The notes below the pieces were generated by a model. That model saw only the letters and a program-made list of their open reading frames with translations, did no database searches and was not told the DNA's origin. From Eledone cirrhosa (taxonomy: Eukaryota), in contig OZ024741.1 of assembly GCA_964016885.1 (NCBI GenBank), forward strand, positions 214,644,001 to 214,708,000: DNA of 64,000 nt. The letters run 5' to 3'. Position numbers and translations under genes: made by a program. This document shows positions 12,801-25,299 of the stretch, piece by piece; the stretch's first letter is position 1; each line of letters opens with the position of its first letter.

Positions 12801-13215
12801 GCCCACTAACACTAAAGAGCGGAACGTTCCAAGAAAGGTCTCTAGACGTCTGAAGAAATCTGGCCGTCATGCCCCTGTTGGGACGTAGACGGCTACTAGC
12901 CTGAAAGCATTGCCTTCGCTGCCGGTCACGCCCAGCACCACCGACTTACCTTCTGGGTCTAGGAAGATGGCACATATCGCGAGATCCAAGCCTCACCGAA
13001 AAAGGACGCCCCCCCCCCGATCCTGGACGGCTGGGAGATGCGTATACATAGTAGCCGCCGAAGATCGGTGCGAAGGCTTGTGCTTCGGAGAATCTGGTTT
13101 CACTGATGGTCACCACATCTATGTTTAGTGACCTGAGGTCGTTGAGCAGGTGACCCTGCTTCCAAGATGACCCCAGGCAACGTGCATTTATACTGCCTAT
13201 TCTGAGTACGGCCAT
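9812..13215 (-). pseudogene. Tx1-like ORF2 (APE endonuclease-RT-zinc finger), frameshifted
   Basis: Split among ORFs 12946-13251, 11901-12812, 11497-11844, 11094-11582, 10573-11112, 10303-10563, 10148-10606 and 9812-10138. Confidence 0.88.
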
Positions 13216-13249
13216 GTTGGATGAGAAACGGGGCAAGTGAGAAAGGGTC

Positions 13250-15122
13250 ACTTACCTTGATCGTGTGGTGAAGGGACAGTAGAACCGTCCCTTTCACTGG
13301 TCATGGGTGTTTCCAAGAGGATGTCAGTGTATATCCTCTTGGTAACCAACCTTAAGAAGTCTCCAGCTGCGTTGGGGAATTTTTGTTTTAAAGGTTTGTA
13401 CTGTTCTATTGAGATTTCGATGATGCTTATGTTTGTCGGGAGAGTTCTTGGTGTTGGTGGGGTGTATTAGTTTTTTGCTGTGATGTCTGTGTGCTGCTTT
13501 ATATATTGTAGGAGTTCTTTTTTTGCCATGTTTATGGCTGTGTACTTTTTTTTTGGGGGGGGGGGGGGGGGGGGGGGTGATTTTGTTGCTGTTTTCTTCT
13601 TGTTGCTGTTTGTTGTGTGTGTCTTGTTGTGTTTGCGTTGTTGGTGTTTTTGGTGATGCTGGTGGTGGTGTGGTTGTTGTGGTCAGTGGTGCTTGTGGTG
13701 GTGATGGTGGTGCTGTTGCTGCAAGTTTCCTTGCTGCCTTTACGCCTCTTTGTATGCCTTCGCTTTTGGAGGGTGAATCTAAGGGGTATTTTCTTTTTTG
13801 GTTTTTTTTTTGTGGCAGACCGTTTGCCACTTCACTCTTGCCTCAAACTCCATGTCGGATTCTGTGGCGTCTGGGAGGGGTATGTGCTCCTCGGCTGTTG
13901 GTGGTGGTAGTGGAGCCCTCTTCGGCAATTTTGTTGCTGGTGTAGTTACTTCAAATGTAGCTATTGGTGTTGTCGCCACTGATGATGCTGCTTTATTTGT
14001 CCGTGGCCTTGGTACGGGTGCTACGGACGTTGCCCTCCTACTCACCGTGGAAGGGGCTTCTTCGTTTGTTGCGTGCCTTGCTCTTGGTAGCAGCGGACCA
14101 GGTATTGGAAGGAGAGGGGCCTTCTTCGCTTTCTTCTGCGGGCAAAAGGCCCTGAGGTGACCCTTTGACCCACAGAGATAACATTTTGGCCGTCTTCCTT
14201 CTACACTTATAGGGAGTTGGAGTCCTTCCTCGATGTCTATGATATCGGGGATAGCGTCGATACATTCCTGGTCAGAAGTTTGTATAAGCATTTGCATGCC
14301 TATACCTGACCAGTTCTCTCTCCCTATTTTCTCTACTTGCAGCATGGTCGTCCTGTTCTCTATTCCAGCAAGGACAGACGCGGCCAGCCAAGGTATGGGC
14401 ACGTCGGGTGGAACCTGTGTCACTTTGACCCTCACAATTTTCTGCCGGCAGTAGGAGGGCACCAAGACGATCTCCTCACTCTTTAGGTTTTCCAAAGAGT
14501 GAGACTTTGCTTCCTGGAGGGTGGCGAAAAGTACGTCTACTGTGGCGTACTTTCTGCCTCGGGTGATGTGGGTTTTGCGTGCCCAGACGCACCCCAAGGC
14601 CTTTTGGATTTGAGCCTCCGTGGCCATCTCCACCCGATGTGAGATTTTGCTAACGGTGCGGTAAGTCACCGTCCGTAGCTGCTGGTCCTTGAAAAAATCG
14701 GGTGGAGGTTTCAGGGAGACACTATTGGCACTTCTTGTCACCATGGCCCTTGAGACTGCCATCTCCTCCTCTGTGACTAACATTGTCTCGATATTTCGGG
14801 CGACACCTGCAAAAGAAGTTGTCCCTTTTCAGCAGCACCACTATTGCTGCCGCTACTGGTCTTACTGGTGGTGCTGAGATCGCTATTACAGGTATCGGTG
14901 TCATTGTTGTTGTTTTCGTTGGTACAGTTGTTGGTGTTGTTGTTATTATTTTCGTTGATACTGTTGCTGTTGTTACTGTTATTGTGGCTGTTGTTATTAT
15001 TGTTGTTTTTGTTGATACTGTTCCTACTATTATTGTTGTTGTGGCTGTTGTTATTGTCATTGTTATTGTCGTTCTCGACTTTACCGCTGTTATTTTTGTT
15101 GTTGCTGTTGTTATTGATGGTG
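13250..15122 (-). pseudogene. Tx1-like ORF1 (Asn-rich N-terminus, CCHC knuckle, Pro/Thr-rich C-terminus), frameshifted
   Basis: ORFs 14777-15169, 13779-14783 and 13324-13830. Homologous to ORF1 of copy 2 (ATEAQIQ.ALG.VW.RKTHITRG.KYATVDVLFAT). Confidence 0.8.
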
Positions 15123-15885
15123 TTGCCAACTAAAAAGTTCCCACGCCAACATAATAAAAATGGATGCAACCCATTATGCCGTGTATGTAAAAATCAACCA
15201 GAGACCATTGATCATATAATTTCAATGTGCTGTCCTATAGCTCCAACCGAATACCTAAACAGGCATGACAGAGCTGCACAATACATACATTGGATAATGT
15301 GTAAGCATTTTGACCTGCCCCATCAAAAGAATTGGTGGGAGCATCAACCACCTCCCATACTTGAAAAAGATCACATCTCAATCTTGTGGAACTTTAGCAT
15401 CCAATCATACCGAAAAATAGATGCAAATAAACCTGATATAATACTGAAGGACTTTAAAAAGAGAGTATGTCTGCTAATTGATATGTCCGTTCCAATAGAC
15501 AAGAATGTATCTATAAAAACATTTGAAAAATTGAGCAAGTATAAGGACCTGGAGATAGAAATTGGAAAAATGTGGAAATTGAGAACTAAAACAATACCAG
15601 TGGTTGTAGGCGCTCTAGGAATGATACCTAAGGGGTCTAATGATTACTTATCGCAAATCCCAGGAAACCGCGTATAGGAGAAATACAAAAGATAGTACTA
15701 ATGGTAACTGCCCTATACTAAGGAAGATTCTGTCAATATAAGTACATCACAAGTCTAAACACCTAAAGATGCATGTGTGTGTATGTATGTTCTTTCTTGA
15801 ACATGGCGGACCTTGTTGTCTCTTGAGGTCACTGGTTGTGACTTGGTGATAACTCGTATGAACATAAAGTAAGATAAATGCAGCT

Positions 15886-15886
<1 letters not shown>
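15123..15886 (+). mobile_element. R4/Dong-like family B, 5'-truncated copy
   Basis: CRVC..ETIDHIISMC knuckle, RHD, KPDIILKD..LIDMSVP RLE, distinct 3' UTR, (TAA)n tail 15887-15948. Confidence 0.92.
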
Positions 15887-15948
<62 letters not shown>

Positions 15949-15952
<4 letters not shown>

Positions 15953-17450
15953 GCTTGATCAAGAACAAACTTACAAATATCTAGGTGTTTGTGAAGGAGA
16001 CGGAATCAAGCACTCGACAATGAGGGAAAGGATAAGGAAGGAATGTTACCGCAGAGTCACAGCAATCTTAAGAACGGAATTGAATGCAAGGAATAGGATC
16101 GATGCCATAAACACGCTTGCCATACCAGTAGTAACCTACAGTTACAATGTCATCAACTGGTCAAGCACAGAGATCCGTAGGCTCGATACAAAAATCCGAA
16201 AATTCTTAACCATGCACAGAATGCATCACCTTAAGGCAGACATAGATAGAATATATCTCCCTAGGAAAGAAGGAGGACGTGGGTTAATCCAGTTAGACAT
16301 TGCGTTGAAAACTGCAACAATTGGATTATCCACATATCTAAGGGAATCACATGATTGGATGATCAAACTCGTTTTGAAACACGAAAGCACCAAAAGATCA
16401 TATTCCATTACAAAAGATGCACAAAGATACAGTAATGGACTACAAATTTCAGAAGTCCCATTTACTGCTGAAATGGAAAACAGAAAAAGCAAAGCAGGTA
16501 AAAGTAACTGCAAAGAAAGAACTGCTACAGAAACTGGCTAAGAAATGGCAAGAAAAGCCTCTGTATGGAAAATACCCAGAGCGAGCTAACAATCCTGATG
16601 TTGACAAAACTTTAACCCATCAGTGGTTGGCATCCTCTGGACTGAAATCGGAGACTGAAGGACTGATTATATCCGCACAAGATCAGTGTCTGCCAACAAA
16701 AAATTACCAAGCCAACATAATAAAAAATGGGTGCAGCCCATTATGCCGTGTATCCAAAAAACAACCAGAGACCATTGACCATATAATTTCAATGTGCAGT
16801 CCTATAGCTCCAACCGAATACCTAAACAGGCATGACAGAGCTGCACAATACATACATTGGATAATGTGTAAGCATTTTGACCTGCCCCATCAAAAGAATT
16901 GGTGGGAGCATCAACCACCTCCCATACTTGAAAAAGATCACATCTCAATCTTGTGGAACTTTAGCATCCAAACAGACCGAAAAATAGATGCAAATAGACC
17001 TGATATAATATTGAAGGACTTTCAAAGGAGGGTATGCCTGCTAATTGATATGTCTGTTCCAATAGACAAGAATGTATCTATAAAAACATTTGAAAAATTG
17101 AGCAAGTATAAGGACCTGGAGATAGAAATTGGAAAAATGTGGAAATTGAGAACTAAAACAATACCAGTGGTTGTAGGCGCTCTGGGAATGATACCTAAGG
17201 GGTCTAACGACTACTTATCGCAAATCCCAGGAAACCCGCGTATAGGAGAAATACAAAAGATAGTACTAATGGGAACTGCCCATATACTAAGGAAGATCCT
17301 GTCAATATAAGTACATCACAAGTCTAAACACTAAGGATGCATGTGTGAATATGTATGTTCTTTCTTGAACATGGCGGACCTTGTTGTCTCTTGAGGTCAC
17401 TGGTTGTGACTTGGTGATAACTCGTATAAACATAAAGCTAGATAAATGCA
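15949..17450 (+). mobile_element. R4/Dong-like family B, 5'-truncated copy
   Basis: Begins at YKYLG. ORFs 16020-16541 and 16417-17310 (one frameshift). (TAA)n tail 17451-17524. Confidence 0.93.
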
Positions 17451-17524
<74 letters not shown>

Positions 17525-17933
17525 GGGAAGAAGACACACATGGTGGATAGAAGGTCGAGAAATCGCTCCCGTAAGTTTTGATTTTTTAACATATTTAAAT
17601 CAATTGTGAAATAACAATTCTTAGTACAAATGTTGCATAAAACATCCAGCTTGAGTCCCAAAAAATTCGGATCCACAATATATTGTTATATCGCTCAAAT
17701 ATTCAATTTTTTATTATACATTTTATATTCAAAAATAAAATGGTTATAAATGGAAGAAAACCCCCTCTGTCTACACTATATAGAACAGCCAAATAACAGC
17801 AATTTCACCACATCAGAAACTAGATACACCATCACCCCTCTGTGTACACTAAACACAACAGCCCGATAACGGCAATTTCACCACCACCACCACCAATCTC
17901 AGCATAATAATAATAATTACTATTACTATTGCC

Positions 17934-19198
17934 TCAAGTTTTAGTTTTAACAAAATGTTTAATTCCAATATTATGGGTAAATGTCAACACATATACGCGA
18001 CTAACGATAATTTCACTAAAGATAATTTCACCACCAATACCACCACCACTACCACGATGAAAACCCTGGTCAAGTCGACTCAAATTTCTACTCCAACTTC
18101 AACACCATCACTACAGTAATACGACCACATAACCACCACCGCTGCCTCACTATCGCTACCGCCGCTATTCTCTCCCACTACCTCCTGCTAGTTGCTGCTA
18201 GCACAGCACCGCCACCGCCGCCTCTGCCTCAATATCACTACCGCCGCTATTCTCTCCCGCTGCCCCCTGCTACATTGTAGAATTCCCACTAAAAGAGGAA
18301 AACATCAAAATATATAAATAGACTGAATTGATGACCTGGTCAAAATCAAAAATAAAACAAAACAAAAATCAAAATCAAGTTTTAGTTTTAACAAAATGTT
18401 TAAATCCAATATATGGGTAAATGTCAACACATATACGCGACTAACGATAATTTCACTAAAGATAATTTCACCACCAATACCACCACAACTACCACGATGA
18501 AAACTCTGGTCAAGTCGACTCAAATTTCTACTCCAACTTCAAAACCATCACTACAGTAATACGACCACATCACCACCACCGCTGCCTCACTATCGCTACC
18601 GCCGCTATTCTCTCCCACTACCTCCTGCTAGTTGCTGCTAGCAGAGAACCGCCACCGCCGTCGCTGCCTCAATATCACTACTGCCGCTATTCTCTCCCGC
18701 TACCCCCTGCTACATTGTAGAAGTCTCACTAAAAGAGGAAAACATCGAAATATATAAATAGACTGAATTGATGACCCGGTCAAAATAAAAAAAACAATAA
18801 TCAAAATCAAGTTTTAGTTTTAACAAAATGTTTAATTCCAATATATGGGTAAATGTCAACACATATACGCGACTAACGATAATTTCACTAAAGATAATTT
18901 CACCACCAATACCACCACCACTACCACGATGAAAACTCTGGTCAAGTCGACTCAAATTTCTACTCCAACTTCAACACCATCACTACAGTAATACGACCAC
19001 ATCACCACCACCGCTGCCTCACTATCGCTACCGCCGCTATTCTCTCCCACTACCTCCTGCTAGTTGCTGCTAGCACAGCACCGCCACCGCCGCCGCTGCC
19101 TCAATATCACTACCGCCGCTATTCTCTCCCGCTATCCCCTGCTACATTGTAGAATTCCCACTAAAAGAGGAAAACATCAAAATATATAAATAGACTGA
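17934..19198 (+). repeat. About three tandem copies of a ~435-bp unit inside the family-A leader
   Basis: TCAAGTTTTAGTTTTAACAAAATG at 17934, 18375 and 18807. Confidence 0.92.
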
Positions 19199-19512
19199 AA
19201 AAAAAAATCGAAATCAAAGCAGCACAGCAACAACGAAAAACGTAAAGGAAATAAAAATGAAGAGAAAAACAAATGGACGGACAGAGAAGGGAAGGGAAAA
19301 ACTAAGTCAGACATTCAAACATTACATTACAATGAAACTTATGCTTATTCATTTTGGGGTGTTTTTCTGCCTGTTTGTTTGTTTGTTTGGGTTCGTCTAC
19401 AGCGTGATAATGCCACACAAAAGTCACGTGGAGTGACGAAACCACCGGAGACAAGTAATTCACCGGTGGTTATGTAATCATACATTCGTCAATCCTCGAT
19501 AAGAGTGTTTAA

Positions 19513-22500
19513 ATGTCGAACCTAAACAGTTCGAATAACGGTGAAATGGAGACTAGAATGTCATGTGACAGACTCTCACCCAACAGGTGCTCCCTGGTTC
19601 AGCAGCAGGGACCTGGCTGTCAACCAAATACTGCTGGTGTCGGAGGAAGAAGAAGAAGGAAAGGGACCAGAACCAACTGGACGAAAGAATTGAATAGAAC
19701 TGTTATGCAATGTTACCTGAAGAGTAACCCCAAGGAGAAAGGCTATAGGAAAAGGATGCATAACATCTGGAACGAGATTGGTCCATTTAAATTAGATGAA
19801 CAAAAACTGGCCGGGCAGGCTCGGGTAATAAGAACTAATGGGTGGATAAGCGAGCTGGAACTGGAGGAACTGGGCAGAGAGATTAGCTTGGAGATGGAGG
19901 GTGGAGTATGCCAGGCAAACGAGCCAGTGGGAAATGAAGGTGAAGAGGTCGAGAGAACGGAGGAACCACCCGAAACAGACAATGATCTGAATGCTGAGAT
20001 AAATAATACCTGGAACAGAGATACGGCCACTGAGGAGATGAATGCTGACGGGCTAGGACAAGATTTGGTAGATATCCTAAACTTAGTGGTAGATGAAATG
20101 AACAATGATAGTGGGAGACCTATGAACTTAAGATTTGTAGACAAGAAAAAGTTAAAAGAAACAACAGCTAAGGTAAACAAAGTCATCCCATACCTTGAGG
20201 CGAGGAGCCTTCACCAGTGCAACAATATCCTCAAAGCAACAGCAAATACGGTGAGGAAACTACTTGGTATAAAAGCGAGAGGAAACAACAGACAAGAAAG
20301 AGCAGAGCCTTGGTAGAAGAAACGACTGAGTGATCAAATCAGGGAAATAAGAAATGACATTGGAAAGCTTGAGTCCCTACTGAATGGGACACTAAAAAAC
20401 ATAGACACTAAAAATAGACTGGAAATAAAGTACAAAACTAGGAGGAAAAAGCTAAATATTATCATAGATGAACTGAAGCAACGCATTGTAGCAAAGAGTG
20501 CAAAAATCAGGCGATACGAGAACAGAGTCAGCCAGTGTAGACAGAACCGCATGTTCGACAACAACCAGAAGATGCTGTTTGGACAGCTTGAAGGGAAAGA
20601 AAGAGGCAACGACTTGATCCCTGAGGCGGAACAAACTAAAACATTCTGGAGAGGAATATGGGAGCAGGATGTTAAGCATAATGACCAGGCAGTGTGGATT
20701 GAGACAGTACAGAAGGAGATCAGTGAACAGGCACGCCAACAAACTGATTTGAGTATCGCAGTTGAAACTCTTAAGGGGCAAGCCAAAAAACTAACCAACT
20801 GGAAATCACCTGGCCCAGGTGGTGTGCAGGGGTATTGGATTAAAAACATATCATCCCTCCACCCGAAACTGACAACCATGTTCAATGACTGCTTGATGTC
20901 AGGTGAGGTACCAGAGTGGTTGGCAAAAGGTACTGCAGTTCTGATAATGAAAGACCGAACCAAGGGTAATAATGTTACCAACTATAGACCTATCACATGT
21001 CTGTCCGTAATGTGGAAACTGTTGACAAGCATTATGTCTGAGGAAATCTACCATCACCTCCACACAAACAACTTGTTACCGGACGAACAGAAAGGATGCC
21101 GAAAGAAGTCACGTGGTACAAAGGACCAGTTACTTATTGATAAGATGGTAATGAGGAATTGCAAGAGGAGACACACTGGTCTTGCCATGGGATGGATAGA
21201 CTACAAAAAGGCATTTGACATGGTGCCTCATTCTTGGATCACCAAAAGCCTGGAGATCTGCAAGGTGGCAGATAACATCAGGCAGTTGTTGGGCAAAAGT
21301 ATGAAGTCCTGGGAAACAGAGTTAACATCAACTGGAGAATCCTTGGGAAGCGTGAAGATCAAGAGAGGTATCTTCCAGGGAGATAGTGTGTCCCCTCTGT
21401 TGTTTGTCCTTGCCCTGATGCCCCTGACCAGTGTACTGCGAAAAGTGAGAGCAGGATACAGGTTGGGAAAGGGAGGGCTTACCATCAATCACCTCCTCTT
21501 CATGGACGATCTTAAGCTCTTCGGGAAGAGTGAGAAGGAGTTGGATGTGCTTGTTGACACTGTCCGTATTTTGAGTAATGATATATGTATGCAATTTGGT
21601 ATTAGTAAGTGTGGAGTCATTGTGATGAGGAGGGGTAAGTTGAGCAGAAGTAACGGAATCCAGATACCAACAGGTGAGATGATAAAAGAAATTGACTCTG
21701 AGGAAGGATACAAGTATTTGGGCGTTCTGGAGGCTGATGACATCAAGAACAAAAAAATGAAGGAATTGATAAGAACTGAATACCTTCGGAGAGTAAGGAG
21801 CGTATTAAAGTCACATCTGAACAGTAGGAATGCCATAAGTGCAGTAAATTCCCGAGCTGTGTCTATTATTAGGTACAGTGTGGGAATTCTGAGATGGAAT
21901 GTTGCTGAACAAAAAGAAATGGATAGGAAGACTAGGAAGCTATTGACTATCTACAATATGTTCCACAAGAGGAGTGATGTCGATAGACTCTACTTAAGGA
22001 GATCTGAGGGTGGAAGAGGTCTTATCAGCATAGAGGACTGTGTTCAGATGGAGAAAAACAACCTACACAAATACGTGACTGATAGTAAGGAGCCAATGCT
22101 CAGAACTGTACTGAAGGAGGGGACAATAGGCCAGGGGATTTCCAAGGAGCAAATAACATCAAGGAGAAAGAGCAGCCTTCAGGAAAAATCCCTTCATAGT
22201 ACCTTCTTTGAGAAAACTGAATTTAGAGATCCACAGACATGGAACTGGTTGAAAAGAGGAGACCTTAAAAAGGCTACTGAAGGAATGTTAATGGCTGCGC
22301 AGGAGCAGGCCCTCAAACCGAAGTGGTTCAAACACCACATTTACAAGGAGGAGGCTAGCCCACTGTGCAGGATCTGTGGAGAGAGAGAGGAGACTGTGGC
22401 TCACATTGTATCCGAGTGTAAACACCTAGCCCAGACTCACTATAAGGGCTGGAGACATGATGTGATGGGCAGGGTGATCCACTGGCACCTATGCAAAGTA

Positions 22501-22932
22501 AATAGTTTACCACATTCTGAGAAGTGGTATGAGCATAAGCCAGACGCCGTGATAGAAAACGATCAGGTGAAGGTGCTGTGGGATTTTAGGATACAGACGG
22601 ACAAGAAACTGGAACACAATAGACCTGACCTGGTGGTTTTGGACAAAGAAAAAAGATCGTGCCTGATTGTGGATGTGGCCTGCCCATTCGACACGAGAGT
22701 GCAGTAGAAGGAGAGGGAGAAAATTAACCGATACCAGGACTTAAAGTGGGAGGTAAAAAGGATTTGGAACTGCCATGAAGTCAAAGTGATCCCGATTGTC
22801 ATAGGCGCACTAGGTACTATCTCAAAGAGTTTCCAAGGAAAGAAGATTAGTCCAGCCTCACTTTTTGGAACACTAAAAAAGGAATGATTGCTGGGAACAG
22901 CAAGAACCCTCCGATACGTCCTGAATATCTGA
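19513..22932 (+). pseudogene. RT-RLE polyprotein, nonsense-disrupted
   Basis: YRPITCL, IDYKKAFD, GIFQGD, HLLFMDD, YKYLG, CRIC..HIVSEC, RPD. Confidence 0.92.
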
Positions 22933-23015
22933 GGCTGCAGGTAGTGGCTTGATATTCATCTCAACAAACTTTCCAGTTAACTAACATCAATGACTGAGAC
23001 TCAAAGAGTAATAAC

Positions 23016-23051
<36 letters not shown>

Positions 23052-25269
23052 TCCGAAGAATGATGAGACAAACAATCCCCAAAATTACAGACCGATAATT
23101 TGCTTGACTACAATGTATAAAATTTTAACATCAGTCCTAACTGAATATACATATGACCACCTGATAACAAATGATCTATTTCCCAATGAGCAGAAATGGT
23201 GTAAACGAGGCTCGTGTGGCTGTAAAGATCAGCTTTTGGTTAACAAAATGATGCTGGAAGATTGTCATAATAGACACAAAAATATCTCAATTGCTTGGAT
23301 AGATAATAAAAAAGCATTCGATAGTTTGCCAGACAATTGGATTGAAAAATGTTTAGAGATTTTCAAAATATCTCCCGTTGTCAGGAGGTTCCTGTCATTC
23401 AGTATGAAGACATGGAAAACGACACTCCTTTTGAATAGTGAAAAAAAAATCACTGGAAGTTGGAGAAGTTAATATTAATTGTGGAATTTTTCAGGGTGAC
23501 TCTTTGTCACCGCTTTTATTCTGCACCGCACTTATACCATTAAGTAAAATGCTCAATGAAACAAAACATGGATATAAAGTCAATGACAAAACCATTAATC
23601 ACTTGTTCTACATGGATGACCTGAAACTATTTGCAAAAATTGATGAACAATTGCCAGGGCTATTATCCACTGTGAAGCAGTTCAGTGATGACATTAAAAT
23701 GGAGTTTGGACTAGATAAATGCGCCAAAGCAACGTTCACCAGAGGAAAGCTGCTGAAAAGTTCAGACATTAATCTTGATCGGGGCAATGTGATAAGAGAA
23801 CTTGATCAAGAGGAAACTTACAAATATTTAGGTGTTTGTGAAGGAGACGGAATCAAGCACTCGACAATGAGGGAAAGGATAAGGAAGGTATGTTACCGCA
23901 GAGTAAAAGCAATCTTAAGAACGGAATTGAATACAAGGAATACGATCGATGCCATAAACACGCATGCCATACCAGTAGTAACCTACAGTTACAATGTCAT
24001 CAACTGGTCAAGCACAGAGATCCGTAGGCTCGATACAAAAATTAGAACATTCTTAACCATGCACAGAATGCATCACCCTAAGGCAGATACAGATAGAATA
24101 TATCTCCCTAGGAAAGAAGGAGGACGTGGGTTAATCCAGTTAGATATTGCGTTGAAAACTGCAACAATTGGATTATCTACATATCTAATGGAATCACAAG
24201 ATTGGATGATCGAACTCGTTTTGAAACACGAAAGCATCAAAAGATCATACTCCATTACAAAAGATGCACAAAGATACAGTAATGGACTACAAATTTCAGA
24301 AGTCCCATTTACTGCTGAAATGGAAAACACAGAAAAAGCAAAGCAGGTAAAAGTAATTTCAAAGAAAGAACTGCTACAGAAACTGGCTAAGAAATGGCAA
24401 GAAAAGCCTCTGTATGGAAAATACCCAGAGCGAGCTAACAATCCTGATGTTGACGAAACTTTAACCCATCAGTGGTTGGCATCCTCTGGACTGAAATCGG
24501 AGACAGAAGAACTGATTATATCAGCACAAATCAGTGTCCGCTAACAAAAATTACCAAGCCAACATAATAAAAAATGGATGCAACCCATTATGCCGTGTAT
24601 GTAAAAAACAACCATTGATCATATAATTTCAATGTTCAGTCCTATAGCTCCAACCGAATACCTAAACAGGCATGACAGAGCTGCACAATACATACATTGG
24701 ATAATGTGTAAGCATTTTGACCTGCCCTTTGGTGGGAGCATCAACCACCTCCCATACTTGAAAAAGATCACATCTCAATCTTGTGGAACTTTAGCATCCA
24801 AACAGACCGAAAAATAGATGCAAATAGACCTGATATAATACTGAGGGACTTTAAAAAGATGGTATGCCTGCTAATTGATATGTCCGTTCCAATAGACATG
24901 AATGTATCTATAAAAATATTTGAAAAATTGAGCAAGTACCTGGAGATAGAAATTGGAAAAATGTGGAAATTGAGAACCAAAACAATACCAGTGGTTGTAG
25001 GCGCTCTAGGAATGATACATAAGGGGTCTAATGATTACTTATCGCAAATCCCAGGAAACCTGCGTATAGGAGAAATACAGAAGATAGTACTAATGGGAAC
25101 TGCCCATATACTAAGGAAGATTCTGTCAATATAAGTACATCACACCTAAAGATGTATGTGTGTGTATGTATGTTCTTTCTTGAACATGGCGGACCTTGTT
25201 GTCTCTTGAGGTCACTGGTTGTGACTTGGTGATAACTCGTATGAACATAAAGAAAGATAAATGCAACTG
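23052..25269 (+). mobile_element. R4/Dong-like family B, 5'-truncated at the RT start, frameshifted
   Basis: NYRPIICL, GIFQGDSLSP, HLFYMDD, RPDIIL. Family-B 3' UTR and TAA tail. Confidence 0.92.
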
Positions 25270-25299
25270 TAATAATAATAATAATAACAACAATTCAGG

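Larger units (their letters stand above)
9506..15122 (-). mobile_element. L1/Tx1-clade non-LTR retrotransposon, copy 1 (decayed, 5' end missing)
   Basis: ORF1 with zinc knuckle CYLCGSKGHLRAFC. ORF2 fragments show APE (LRIGSINARCL, ISETR, DHK), RT (PITLLN, LDQSKAFDRVDH, AYADD) and C-terminal CPRC..ETVVHALVQC. 3' end is AATAAAGAAATC+(ATT)n. Confidence 0.9.
17525..23007 (+). mobile_element. R4/Dong-like family A (subfamily A2), full-length but disabled copy with ~2-kb 5' leader
   Basis: The leader start matches 40290 onward. ORF 19513-22932 is colinear with 41680-45072 but has stops at 20314, 22705 and ~22885. (TAA)n on both sides. Confidence 0.92.
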
